DNA of 64,000 nucleotides from Centroscyllium fabricii (lineage: Eukaryota). The stretch is taken from contig JBNRSN020000005.1 of assembly GCA_051313645.2 (NCBI GenBank), positions 160,270,001 to 160,334,000 of the forward strand, given 5' to 3'. Of the stretch, positions 49,377 to 61,910 are shown piece by piece. The position numbers were made by a program, and so were the translations under genes. Every line of letters begins with the position of its first letter. Position 1 is the stretch's first letter. The notes beneath the pieces are model-generated. The model searched no databases and was not told where the DNA came from. It saw only the letters and a list, made by a program, of their open reading frames with translations.

Positions 49377-50205
49377 GGGCGAAGAATTCGTCAGCGCACA
49401 AATTGGACGCTAAATTTGGCGCTGTGCAAAAATTTAGTGCCGGCGCTAAATTAGCGCCAACAGGTCCGAAATTGGCGCTAGCGGTGGCCTTGAAGATTTC
49501 GGCGCAAATTCCCACCTTGCACAAGAGTCAGGCAGCTAATACCCCGGCGCTGATGGCCGTTCCCGGGTGCAGCGCTCCCTGACTAACTGCTTGCTTCCCC
49601 TTCACCTCTGCAGCCGATAATGCATTAAAGGGGGAGCAGCAGCTGTTCTCTGTGCTGTCTGAGCAGTTGCGTCTCAGAGAGAGCGGGGAGAGGGGCCGGA
49701 TCTCTGATCATTTGCGTCTCGGAGAGAGCGGGGAGGGGGGCCGGATCTCTGAGCAGTTGCGTCTTGGTGGGTCGCAGCGACCCACCAAGATGCAAATGAT
49801 CAGAGATCCGGTCCCCCTCCCCGCTCTCTCATCAATTGGCCGCTCAGGCCGACTCCTCCCATCAGTTGGCCGCACTCGGGCTGAAGAGGGAGGGTGGCCC
49901 TTTTAGCAGTGCTGAAACGGCCACTCAAAGCCGCTGCAGCGTTTGCAAAAGGTGTCACTAATAGCGTGGGTGGCACTGCAAAGGCGCTAAGGCAAATAAC
50001 GGGCGCAGCCCGCCGGTGGTCGTTGCACACGCGTTGCCACGACGACTGTTGATCGTCAGGCGGCACAGCGCTAGCGTTTAGCGCCGGCGCTAACTACCAT
50101 GACAATTTAGCGCACGGCACTAATTTGGGCGCTACGTCGGCGCTGCCCCATTAGCGCCGATTTTTGGCGCTAAAGGCCCGGCGATAAGGTGCCAATTTTT
50201 CGGCC
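49377..50205. mobile_element. PIF/Harbinger-type MITE, second family, with GGCGCTA/TAGCGCC arrays
   Basis: TIRs GGGCGAAGAATT / GGCCGAAAAATT; TSD TAT; internal tandem repeat at about 49655-49770. Confidence 0.8.
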
Positions 50206-50996
50206 TATGTGTCTCATTTTCACCTAATTGGCTCAAACTTCATATTCCTAAAAGAACAATGAATCAGAACTCTTAAAAGTTGTGAAGGAGATCGACCAAT
50301 AAAAAGAAGCACAAATTGAACCATCAAAATCATTCCAAATATTCTTTATAAAAATGTTTTGGCTGCCATTTTTTTTCTTTGGCGACTTATATACACAGAA
50401 GGAAAACATTTTGAAAATAAAGTCTGGAGCATAATAAAGACAAAAATATATTTTGCAATAATAGCATTAAACTTAAATATAAAGTTGTCTTTTGTGTCTT
50501 TGACTAACATTTATACTCTGATGGCTCAATCTCTTGCAACTGATTTGGATTTGAATCCATATTCTTCCCTGAATTAGCAATCTGTCAGCTGAGGGAATTA
50601 AGAACTACACCTCTGCATTTAATTCCAGGAGTGCTACAGTCTGGGCATGAGCACATTGGCGAATCTCCCAACACCTATTAGGTAATGAATTGAGGTGTCT
50701 TTTCTCAGAGGATTTTAACCCTACTCGCTCAGCAGAAACCTGGGCCGGACTTTTGCCCTAATGGCGGGGAACTGGCAGGGATTGGTCGGGGCGGGTTTTT
50801 GTCCCGCCCGATTAAGTGCCTGCGTTTCCCACGAGATTTTCGTCTATCTACCCAATTAATTCCCCGCCTGTGGGAAGCCTTCTCAATCACCGATTTCCAG
50901 TCAGAAAGTCGCACAATATGACGTCAGGATTCGGGTTTCCTTTAATAAACACAGCTCGCCTCCCGCACTGCTCAGCATTCCACAACCTTCAGCAGG

Positions 50997-53404
50997 ATGG
51001 CAGAGCGTCAGGGTGCTGCATCGGGCAGCGCGAGGGGACGACCCGCCCCTAAATTTGATGATGCCACCCTGAAAGCATTACTGGAGGGGGCAACGACCCA
51101 TAGGGAGGTTCTCTTCCCATCCTCAGGAAGGAATAGACCTCCCTCACAGACCAAGGCTGCATGGCAGCAGGTGGCTGAGGGGGTCAGCTCCTTGGGCACA
51201 AAACCCCGGTCCTGGCTGCAGTGTTGCAAGAGATTGCATGACATTCATCGCACTGCGAGAGTAAGTATTCATTTCTCCTCACCCTCAATCTCATCCCCCT
51301 CACCTCTCCTCACCACAATTTATCTTCACCATTCCCTTCCTGCGCATCCCACTTGCCCATCACATCCAAGCAACCTTACCCATTCCCTCTCTATCTATGC
51401 TCACACTCACGGTCCTTTCCCTCCATTCAGCCCTCACACTCCCTCTCACTCTCATGCTTGCTGCACATCTGGCACCACACAGGGAGAGCCTTTCGTCTTG
51501 CAGGCTCACTGCATCTTTGTCACCCTCCAACAAACTTTGCTGGTCACTCGCTGCACCAACTCCTTCCTTCTCACTCAACCTCCACTTAATGGGCGGCACG
51601 GTGGCATAGTGGTTAGCATTGTTGCCTCACAGCACTGGAGACCCGGGTTCAAATCCGGCCTCGGGTACTATCTGTGTGGAGTTTGCACATTCTCCCCGTG
51701 TCTGCGTGGGTTTCCTCCGGGTGCTCCGGTTTCCTCCCACAGTCCAAAGATGTGCGGGTTAGGTTGATTGGCCAGGATAAATTGACCCTTAGTGTTAGGG
51801 GGATTGAATATGTGGGGTTACGGGGATAGGGTGTGATATGTGTTGATGCAGGCTCGATAGGGATCAAGGGATATGGGGAGAGGGCAGGGGCGGGATACTG
51901 GGTTTGGATGATCAGCCATGATCTCATTGAATGGCGGAGCAGGCTCGAAGGGCCGAATGGCCTACTCCTGCTCCTAGTTTCTATGTTTCTATGTTTCTAT
52001 GTTTCTCTCCCTCATTGCAGGAAAAGACAGCCGCCAACAAGCGGCACAGCGCCGGGACCGAAGGAGGACACCCCATCATCCAGCAGCTCACCACCTGGGA
52101 GGAGGCAGTTCTAGACCTCGTTGGGGAGGGGCAAGCTCCGGGAGTGGGTGACGGCGAGGCAGGCATGCAATCTCGAGCTGGTGACAGCATGGTTTAATTA
52201 TTTCTCTAACAACTAACACATGAGACTGGCACAATGAATGTAAAAGCACTGCAGAGGCAGCTCTGCTCAGCTCCTGAATGCTATCTGTATGTAACCTTGC
52301 TGACATATCTCTAACCTCTGCCTTTACTGCCCCACAGGCCCATCTGCAGCTGGACGGCCAAGCAGAGATGAGCACCAGGCCGCCCCTGTTCAGTCCTCAG
52401 AGGAACCTGCCACCTCTGAGGGTGCACTGTCAGCACCACAGACTCCACCCGGCACCAGCGCAGATACTAGCACCTCGGTGGGCCCCCCTATAGCTACATA
52501 TGACTTGGCACCAGGTGATTCAGACAGCACTAGTGAGCCTCAGCAGATTGTGGAGACAGGGACAGCAGTGCAGAGTCCTAGTCGGAGGGCGCAGTACTCT
52601 GCCAGCTTAGCTGAGCTGCATGTCGATCCAGCGCCTTTGGATCCATCAGGCAGAGGACACATGATGGGACTCCAGACACAGATGCAGGCGTCTCTGACAG
52701 GTTTTGTCTCCCAGGTAGCTGCAAGTGTCATGCGAATGGAGGAGTCTGTCGCAAGCATGAGAAGTGACCTTGCGGAGTCAGTGGCGCATGATTGCATCAC
52801 CATGGAAAGGATGGCAACCACCATGGAAAGGATAGCGACCATGGACGAGAGGGTGGCCATGGCCATCGAGCACATAAGTCACCAGTCTTTCAAAGACATG
52901 GGCACTGTCCACAATAGATTCACATCTCTTGAGCAGCGAGTGGCATCTATTGAGCAGAGGACCCAGACCTTCGTGGAAGTCCCTCTCAGTAGGACTTCAA
53001 CTGCAGAAACGGGTCCCCATGGCCCCCCTGAAGTGCAGGAAGGTGCTGTCCAGCCACTTGCTGGCACTGAGGGGGAGGTGACTCATGAGAGGGAGGTTGG
53101 TGGTGCAGCTGAAGGAAGTGGGGGCTCCTCTCCAAGCGCTCCCACGTCCACACCACTGCAGAGCCCTCGGTCAGAGGCCCGCCGGAGTCCCCATGCACCT
53201 GAGATGGAAGTCTCATACCCTGCCCAGCCGCAGGAGCAGCAGACTGGTAGCGAGCCCCCACAGGCTCGCCGCCCCAGAGGACGACCGCCAAAGGTGTCCA
53301 GACAGGAGCAGCAGGGCACTCAGCAGGGGGCCTCCACATCTGCTGACACCACAGATATAGCACCACGTAGGAGCACTCGCAAAAGAAAACTTAAGCACCC
53401 TTAG
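50997..53404 (+). CDS. Harbinger Myb/SANT-like DNA-binding protein, 3 exons (50997-51260, 52021-52180, 52338-53404), about 496 aa, no stops
   Basis: PKFDDATLKALL...W..VA..V......RSW.QC.KR..D then EKTAANKR....TEGG.P....LT.WEE; GT-AG introns in phases 0 and 1 join in frame; RPRGRPPK; basic C-terminus. Confidence 0.85.
51591..52006 (+). mobile_element. HE1-like V-SINE in intron 1 of the Myb-like gene
   Basis: tRNA head GGCACGGTGGCATAGTGG/GGTTCAAATCC, V-domain, CR1-derived tail (TTTCTATG)n. Confidence 0.92.
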
Positions 53405-53822
53405 GCACAACGGGAGTCACTTGGGTGTTAGTGTAACAGTCAGTTAGGTCTCCAAAGCAGTGGTCAGACAGCAGACCACTGCAGGTGCCACCTGATGCAG
53501 TTGTCATGTCTGACATCTTGCGAATGGCCCTTCCACATTGAAACCTTATGCAGGCTGGACAGCAATCGGGCAGGCCTCACAGATATGCAAGGATGCAGGC
53601 GCAACATGGCAGAAGGACTTACAGCAAGACGCATGAGGTTCAATAACAGACTGCAGCTCAATGGTTAACAGTGAAGTTCCTTGAAATTGGCCTACCTTCA
53701 TGGTGACGCACACCAGCGAACAGAGGGACTGTATGACCGATGTGTGGTCCAAAGGATGACCAGGTTAACTGAACAAACCACCTGATGTATTCGCTACACC
53801 AGCAAACACGCCTCAGGGCTGA

Positions 53823-54163
53823 ACTTTAGAGATAGACAGTTTCCTGGAAGTAAAGGGAATTAGGGGTTATGGTGAGCGGGCAGGTAAATGGACGTGAGGA
53901 TAGGTTCAGATCGGCCATGTGATCTCCTGGACCAGTTTTCGATCGCCTAGATGGGTCGGAGAGGAATTTCACAGATTTTTTCTCCCAAATTGGCTACTGG
54001 TTATTTTGGGGGGGTTTTCGCCTCTCCCAGGTGATCACATGGGTTTGGGTGGGTGGAGAGTTAAAATAAAATTGAGGTTAGGATCAGATCAGCCATGATC
54101 TTGTTGAATGGCGGAACAGGCTCGAGGGGCCGATTGGCCTACTCCTGCTCCTATTTCTTATGT
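53823..54163 (+). mobile_element. CR1 3' end (same subfamily as 18931-20523); tail resumes at 58777
   Basis: GIRGYGERAGKWT* followed by the same structured 3' UTR. Confidence 0.88.
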
Positions 54164-54539
54164 TGTGGCGACACGCCCACCAGGACCATCGAATCCGCCT
54201 CGGGAGTACTGCGAGACGGCCCCGCCCGCCGGGCGGCGTGATGACATCACCGTGACTTCCGGCGTGATGACGTCGCCAGGTGGACACCCGGCAGTGACGT
54301 CACCAACCGCGGGTCCTTTAAATACCTTGGTTCCAGGTGGCTCAGTCTCTTTCGCTACCTGGCCATAGCTGAGTTAATATTAAATGCTTGTTTTCCGAAT
54401 CTTCTGTGTCCGGCGTGGTTCTTCAGGCCTGCATGCCTCTACAGTGGTGACCTCGATACTTGGAACGAATTCCAAGGGAACAATGAAGCAGTCGCTGCAG
54501 GACTGAGGGCCAAGCTGCCTCAGTTGAATCAAAACCACC

Positions 54540-57500
54540 ATGCCAGCAGGGAGCCAAACAGCACGACTCCACAGACGGGGCCAAATCCCAACCTTACCAG
54601 AGTTCTGGGAACTCCGTCCAGCGGCCTGGTTTCTCAACACAGAGAACACCTACCGCATCCATGGCGTGCAGGGGGACGATCGATACAGCCTGCTCTTCAC
54701 GGCCCTTTCACAGCCCACGATCGACCGAATGTGGGCAGCCATACAGCACGAACCTACTGCTGGCAGGTATGAAACGCTTAAGGCCGCGCTGCTGCTAAAA
54801 TTCACCCCCACCCAATTTGAGCACGACTGCCAGCTCATTAACCTCCCTGAACTCGGGGACGCAGACCCATCGGACCTCTGGGCCTAATTTGAAGCGCTCA
54901 ACTGCGACCCGGCCACCATTAAGCGCGCCTTGTTCCTCCTTAAACTGCCCCCCTCCGTCAGACCGGCTCTGACGGTCCTTGAGCACTATACCAAGGAGCA
55001 ACTGGCTCAGGAGACCGACAAGCTGATGAGGGCCGAGCGTACCCGAGCCGCCACGTGCCAACCCACGGCTGCCCCACCGGAGCAGTACTACGCGCACCCC
55101 AGGCCCGGCCCCAGGTCCCAACCCAGACCGGTGCGGACCCACAAAAAGCCACGCACCACAGGCCCCGGCTGGTGCTACTACCACACCAGGTTTGAAGCTA
55201 AAGCGCAGCGCTGCGTCCAGCCCTGCACCTTCAAACCCCAAACCAGCCCAAGCCCCACAATGTCCGTAGGCCGCTCTGGAGCACTGCTCTTCGTCACGGA
55301 CAGCGGCTCAGGCCTCCGCTTCCTCTGCGACACAGGCGCGCAGCACAGCATCGTGCCAGCCTCCCCCGCAGAAACCAAGCAAGGCACCCAAGGCCCACCA
55401 CTTGAAGCCGCAAACGGCTCCGAGATAGTTACGTTCGGCACCCGCCAGCTTACCATCAAGCTAGCAGGCCACGCGTACAAGTGGGACTTCATCACACCCC
55501 AAGTCAAAATACCCCTACTCAGGGCCGACTTTCTCTGCGCCCACGGCCTACTGGTCGACGTTACCCGACGACGCCTGGTCGACATCCACAACATGTCGAC
55601 CATCCCATGCTCCACAGGGCCGGCACACCAGACCCACAAAGCGTCCCACTGCCGAGCCCGGAACTCCGACACGTACGCCACGCTCCTCGCGGAGTTCCCA
55701 GCCCTCACCAACCCCACCTTCACAGCCCGTACGGCCAAGCACGGGGTGGAGCACCACATCACCACCACAGGCCCCCCAGTCCATGCCCACGCACGTAGGC
55801 TGGACCCGGCCAAGCTGGAGATCGCGCGCGCCGAGTTCCACATCATGGAACAACTCGGCATAATCCGCCGCTCCAGCAGCCCCTGGGCCTCCCCCCTCCA
55901 CATTGCCCCTAAACCCGGCGGTGGCTGGCGCCCCTGCGGAGACTACCGCCGCATCAACAACGCCACCACCCCAGACAGGTACCCCGATCCCCACACCCAA
56001 GATTTCTCAGCGAGGCTAGCCGGCTGCACGGTCTTTTCCAAGATCGACCTGGTACGGGGCTACCACCAGGTACCAGTGCACCCGGCGGACGTCCCTAAGA
56101 CAGCTGTCATTACCCCATTTGGATTATTTGAATTCCTCCGATGCCCTTCGGACTCAAAAACGCGGCCCAGACCTTCCAACGCCTCATGGACTCAGTCCTC
56201 CGGGACTTGCAGTTCACGTTCGTCTATCTAGACGACATCCTCGTGGCCAGCACCTCCCCCCAGGAACACCTCCTCCATCTCAGGGCCCTTTTCAACCGCC
56301 TGGCCGAGCACGGCCTTATATTAAGCCCCTCCAAATGTTGATTCGGCCTCGAGACGATCGACTTCCTCGGCCACCACATCTCCCAGACCGGGGCCATACC
56401 CCTGCCCTCCAAGGTGCAGGCGGTCCAGGAATTCCCCCGCCCGCACTCCATCAAGGGGCTGCAGGAATTCCTCGGGATGGTCTATTTCTACAACCGCTTC
56501 ATCCCAGGAGCAGCCGCTCTCATGGCACCCCTCTACCATGCCACCCGCGGCCAGTCCAACAAGGCTGCGGTCGAGTGAACGGCCGAAGCCTCCACCGCCT
56601 TTACCACAACCAAAACCGCCCTGGCCAACGCCACGCTCCTAGCCCACCCTAGGCCCAACGCCAGAGTAGCCCTCACCACCGACGCCTCCGACCGCGCCGT
56701 CGGAGCAGTCTTTGAGCAGTGGACAGGCGACTCCTGGCAACCCCTGGCCTTTTTCAGCCGGCAACTCCGGCCCCCGGAGGTCAAGTACAGCGCCTTCGAT
56801 AGGGAGCTACTTGCTCTCTACCTCGCGGTGCGCCACTTCCGCTTCCTCCTAGAGGGCCGCCACTTTACAGCCTTCGTGGATCACAAGCCACTTGTGTCTG
56901 CAATGGCCAAGATCTCTGAACCCTGGTCGGCCAGGCAGCAGCGCCAGCTCGCGGCTGTGTCGGAGTTTACCACCGACATTCAGCACATCGCCGGCCGCGA
57001 CAACGTGGTCGCTGACTGCCTCTCACGCCCCACCATCAACTCCGTTCAAACGGCCGTCGACTACGCCAAACTGGCGGCCGACCAACTGACCGACCCCGAT
57101 CTGCTCGACCCAGCTACCAACCTCCCCGGCCTGCTCTTGGCCACCGTAGCACACGGGCCCACAGCCACGGAGGTCCGCTGCGACGTCTCCCTCCCGCAGC
57201 CCAGACCCGTCGTCCCCCACGCATGGAGGCGACACATCTTCCAGACCCTCCATGACCTGTCCCACCCCGGTGTCCGCGCATCCACAAAGCTGATCTCTGC
57301 GCGATTCGTTTGGCGCGGCCTGCGCAAGGATGTCCGCGCCTGGACCAACTCCTGCAATGCCTGCCAGCGCGCCAAGGTGCACAAGCACATCAAGGCACCA
57401 GTGGAAACGATCGCCATCCCAGCTAGATGCTTCAGCCACGTCCACATCCACCTGGTCGGACCACTACCACCATCACGGGGACATACACATGTCATGACCA

Positions 57501-58350
57501 TGGTCGACCGCAGCACCCGCTGGCCCGAAGTGGTCCCCCTCACCGCTACCACCACCGCGGACCTGGCCAGGGCCTTCATTGCCACCTGGGTCGCACGTTT
57601 TGGCGTCCCCACCGACATCACATCAGACAGCGCCCCCAATTTACCTCAACCCTATGGGCAACCATCGCCCACGACCTCGGGGCAACCCTGCACCGAACCA
57701 CCGCCTACCACCCACAGGCCAATGGCCTCTGCGAACGGTTCCACCGCTCCATCAAAGCTTCCTTGCGGGCCAGCCTCAAAGACGCGACCTGGACCGACCG
57801 CCTGCCCTGGGTAATGCTCGGCCTGCGTTCAGCGGCCAAGGAAGCCCTGCACGCCTCAGCGGCGGAACTGGTCTATGGACAACCCCTAACCGTACCAGGC
57901 GAGTTCGTCGCACAAACCAACGAACCCTGGTCAGCCGACCGCTGCCTCAAAGACTTCAATAACCAGGCAGCGGCATTCAAACCACTTCCGGTGGCCCGGC
58001 ACGGAGAGCCGGCAGCACGTGTTCCAGACGGCATCGAAAATGCCAAGTATGTGTTTGTCCGCCACGACACACATCGAACACCACTACAGCCACCGTACGA
58101 CGGACCGTACAGAGTGCTTCGGGCGGGACCTAAAACGTTCCAGATTAAAATGGGCAACAGAGCTGAGACTGTCTCAATCGACCGGCTCAAACCGGCACAT
58201 GTAATGGCGGGTGAGACAACAGTCCCCGCGCAGCCACCAAAGCGCGGACGCCCTACCGCACCAAAGGCCGCCCACACTCCAACGCAGAACAAGGAGCAGC
58301 GCACGACACGTGCTGGCCGCATCATCAGGCCACCTCAACGCCTTGCCTGA
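54540..58350 (+). pseudogene. CsRn1-type gag-pol, with stops and frameshifts
   Basis: LCDTGA; CGDYRR; YLDD; TDAS; HHCC; PYDGPYRV (GPY/F). Confidence 0.93.
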
Positions 58351-58400
58351 GACGACACGTGCGGGCCGCATCATCAGGCCACCTCAACACTTCGCCTGAG
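58302..58400 (+). repeat. Tandem duplication (about 49 bp) of the integrase C-terminus and stop codon
   Basis: ACGACACGTGC.GGCCGCATCATCAGGCCACCTCAAC...GCCTGAG twice. Confidence 0.9.
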
Positions 58401-59632
58401 ACTCAACTTTTATTCTCCATTTTTTTATTTTACTTTATGCTCCTTTCTCCTTTAGCTTGGACTTCGCTCTCCCTCACGGATTCTGGGGGGGAGCTGTGTG
58501 GCGACACGCCCACCAGGACCATCGAATCCGCCTCGGGAGTACTGCGAGACGGCCCCGCCCGCCGGGCGGTGTGATGACGTCACCGCGACTTCCGGCGTGA
58601 TGACGTCGCCAGGTGGACACCCGGCAGTGACGTCACCGACCGTGGGTCCTTTAAATACCTTGGTTCCAGGTGGCTCAGTCTCTTTCGCTACCTGGCCATA
58701 GCTGAGTTAATATTAAATGCTTGTTTTCCGAATCTTCTGTGTCCAGCGTGGTTCTTCAGGCCTGCATGCCTCTACAATGTTCTTCTTATGTTCTTTAACA
58801 CGAACAAAATTTAAAAGGATGGAGGTGGGCAAAGAAAAGATGGGCCAACTGGCCAAAGTACCCACGCATCCAACATCATCTGGCTGCAACTGGCCCCTCA
58901 CAGCACCTGACCCTGATGGAATGGCCAAGGAGCCATGGTGCCAGCATGCATCAGCTCTCACACATCAAACAAGATCAGGTGGGTGAAGACCCACCAGACA
59001 TTGACCCTCACCGCCCTCCACAGCTCCTGCCTCATGTCCGGGTGCACTGCCCTGGTTTGTCAGAATGTGTCACTCTTGAAAAGGGAGGGGCAGCACGTGA
59101 GAGGGGGTGAACATGTTTGACAATGGATATGAACTTGAAAGCTCAAAACTGGACTGGCTGAGGTGCAGCATTGCTGATAATGACATTTTGACCGTTTCAA
59201 CCTGCATGTCTGCAGCTGAGATGCCTGGGACATCATTAATGCAGTGATTCATAAGTGCTGGTCATCAGTTGAACAACCATGCATGTGGCCATGTTTGCTT
59301 AATGTCATTACTAAACAGCATGTTGCAGTTGCAACCTTTACTGTTTCTGTGTTCATTATTGCATGTGATGGATGGATGGATGTTTGGATGGGACCATGAT
59401 CATCAAAGAAATATGTGGTGCGTCAGGGGCGTGGGTGCATGCGCGAGCGCAGAAAGCAGTCACAGGCACTTGGCTGGCCCAGAAGCACACTCCCCCAACC
59501 CCCCCCACCCCACACACAGATGTCCTTACAGTAGTGGGACTCATGCAGGTATGAGCTGTGGAACTGCTTGGAGTGTGTCAGTGAGGATGCGCTGTTAGGA
59601 TGAGCAGAGTAGCAGAAGCTGGCTTGAGTAGG

Positions 59633-60943
59633 CTAAGAAAATCTTGCAAGGATGAGCTCCATCCTTGCTTGCCGGGCAGCAATGGTCTCGCGTAATGGTG
59701 GCGCTGGCTGGGGTCAAGTGGCANNNNNNNNNNNNNNNNNNNNNNNNNNNNNNNNNNNNNNNNNNNNNNNNNNNNNNNNNNNNNNNNNNNNNNNNNNNNN
59801 NNNNNNNNNNNNNNNNNNNNNNNNNNNNNNNNNNNNNNNNNNNNNNNNNNNNNNNNNNNNGCGAGGAGGCAGGTCTTGGTCAGGAGGTTGCAAGCCACGG
59901 CGCTGTGCCATGTTGTGAAGTTGACAGCAAACCACTACCATTCTGGAGACCCTGGCTGGGGTGTATTGCAGGGCTCCACATGATCTGTCCAAGCATCTGA
60001 AACGCATCTTGAGCAAGCCGATGGTGTGCTCTATAATGCTTCAGGTGGAGATGTGTCTGGAGTTGTAGTTCTCCTCAGCCTCACTGGCTGGCCTCCTGAC
60101 CGGTGTCATGAGCCAAGTCCTGAGGGGATAGTCCTTGTCTCCAAGTAGCCACCCCGGAAGCTGGTCCGGCGGTGTGAATAGCGTAGGCAAGGTTGATTGG
60201 CGCAGGACAAAGGAGTCATGGCAGCTGCCAGGGTACCTGGCACACACATGCAAAATCTCCTTGTTGTGGTCACACACCAGTTGAACATTGAGTGAATGGA
60301 AGCCCTTGCGGTTGAGAAAAGCTACTGGGTTGCCGTTGGGTGCCCTAAGGGCCACATGTGTGCAGTCAATGATGCCCTGTACCCTTGGGAAGCCTGCCAG
60401 ACAAGCCATTCCAATCGCTCGGGCCCTCACACTTGCGCGATCCGTGGTAAAATGGATGAAATTGTGGGCACGGGCAAAGAGGGCATTGGTTACCTGGGTG
60501 ATGCAGGAGTGTGCAGCTGACTGGGAGATCCCGCTGATGTCGGCTGCTGATCCCTGGAATGAGACCGAGGCAAAGAAGCTGAGTGCAGTGGTGACTTTGA
60601 GGGCCACTGGTAAGGCATGTCTACCTGGTGTCCTGGGCTCCAGCTCTTGCTGCAGCATGGCGCAGATGTCTGTGACTGCCTCTCGGGAAAGTCGGAGTCA
60701 CCTTTGGCACCGCCGCTCACTCATGTTGAGGTAGGTGGCTCGGACTCTGTAGACCCTGTTTGGGGGGTATCTTCTGCGGCACCGGCCTTGGATGCGCCGA
60801 TGCCTTCTGGCCCATGCTGCCCCCGGAGGGTCCGCAGGAGCGTCAGGCTCCTGGTGTGGCTGCTGCTGGTGCTGCTGTAGACGCATCTGCTCCTGGTAGA
60901 GATCACGCAATCCCAAGAAGGGAAGGAAGAACATGGCTCCCAT
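59633..60943 (-). pseudogene. Harbinger (HARBI1-like, DDE_Tnp_4) transposase with two in-frame TGA stops; spans the assembly gap
   Basis: [54 protein letters not shown]; stops at 60698 and 60041; ends ARQARMELILARFS*. Confidence 0.93.
59724..59860. other. Assembly gap (N run)
   Basis: Run of N. Confidence 1.
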
Positions 60944-61476
60944 GGCTGTGCTGGCAGCCTCGGCTGAGGAAGCACTGACTGAGGGGGGGAAGTGAGAGGG
61001 CTTTCCCAGGTCACACTGCAGAAGTGTTTGAGGATGCAACCTTCCACAGGTGTGCTGAAGCCTGTTGCAAGTATCCCCAGGACTGAGAGAACAATGTGTT
61101 TGCGGAAGCAAATGATGGCTGATTAAATGTGAGCCTTCATTGAGTGACCGGACACAGATACTCAGCAGTCCCACTGAGTTCACACAAGGGTTTCACCTGA
61201 TGGGGTTTATCTTGGCAGGTTTTGTGCGTGAAACACCTGAAAATTGCTAAGGGCCCTTAAAATGGGATTACAGATGCCAATTAAGGGCCCTTAACGACCT
61301 TAACAAGCATCCCCGCCGGGCACCGGCGGGAAAGATTCGGGGCGGGAAAAAAGGCCGCCCAAAAATTCAAATCCAGCGGGGAATGGCCGGGCTTGGGCGG
61401 GAACCAAAATTTTCTAATTTTCACCTCCTGCCCGCCCAAAACCCCGCCTCACAGGGACATGAAAATACCCCCCCTG

Positions 61477-61910
61477 GCAGGTGGGCAGTTAAAAATCACC
61501 CTGGCTCTTACCTCTCCAAAAGTCGCCATGATCGCAGCATCTGCAATTTTAACCTGCTCTCCTAAGCAGGCAGCAAGGACACGGGCCCGGAGCCAACAGG
61601 GTCCTGCTTTATATATGCATGTTGCGGCCCGATGGCATCATTGCGACCCAACTGTAATTTTAATTCAGGTCTGAGCAGGGAATCAACCTTGAGTTAAAAT
61701 TGGGCCCGACCAGCTTGAACATGAACTTTAGAACAGTTTTCAAGGTAGGGTTTGACAGGAAATCTATTTTCAATTCCCTATCTTTACTTTAAAGAGAACC
61801 CACTGAGAGAGACAGGCATACAGACAGACGAAGGGGGATGTCTCTGCCCCGATTTTAACTCTAGGTCGATTCCCCGCTCAGGCCTGAGTTAAAATTACAG
61901 TCAGGTCTCA
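61477..61910. repeat. Third MITE family with ATTTTAAC...GTTAAAAT hairpin ends; left end at about 50704 was split by the Harbinger
   Basis: About 61645-61707 and 61847-61907 are inverted copies; GATTTTAAC at 50711 pairs with GTTAAAAATC at 61488. Confidence 0.6.

Larger units (their letters stand above)
54164..58776 (+). mobile_element. CsRn1-clade Gypsy, full length; LTRs 54164-54443 and 58497-58776
   Basis: 280-bp LTRs; 4-bp TSD ATGT; tRNA-Trp-like PBS TGGTGACCTCGA at 54445; PPT GGGGGGGAG; CHCC gag motif CYYHTRFEAKAQRCVQPC. Confidence 0.95.
50743..61473. mobile_element. Formerly autonomous PIF/Harbinger transposon with convergent Myb-like and transposase genes; hosts a SINE, a CR1 tail and a Gypsy
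   Basis: TSD CTG (50740-50742 and 61474-61476); degenerate GG..GG..TTTT TIRs; ends match MITEs at 37901 and 63619. Confidence 0.9.

Noticed and set aside
51591-51665. tRNA-like sequence
   Set aside because: It is the head of a V-SINE, not a tRNA gene
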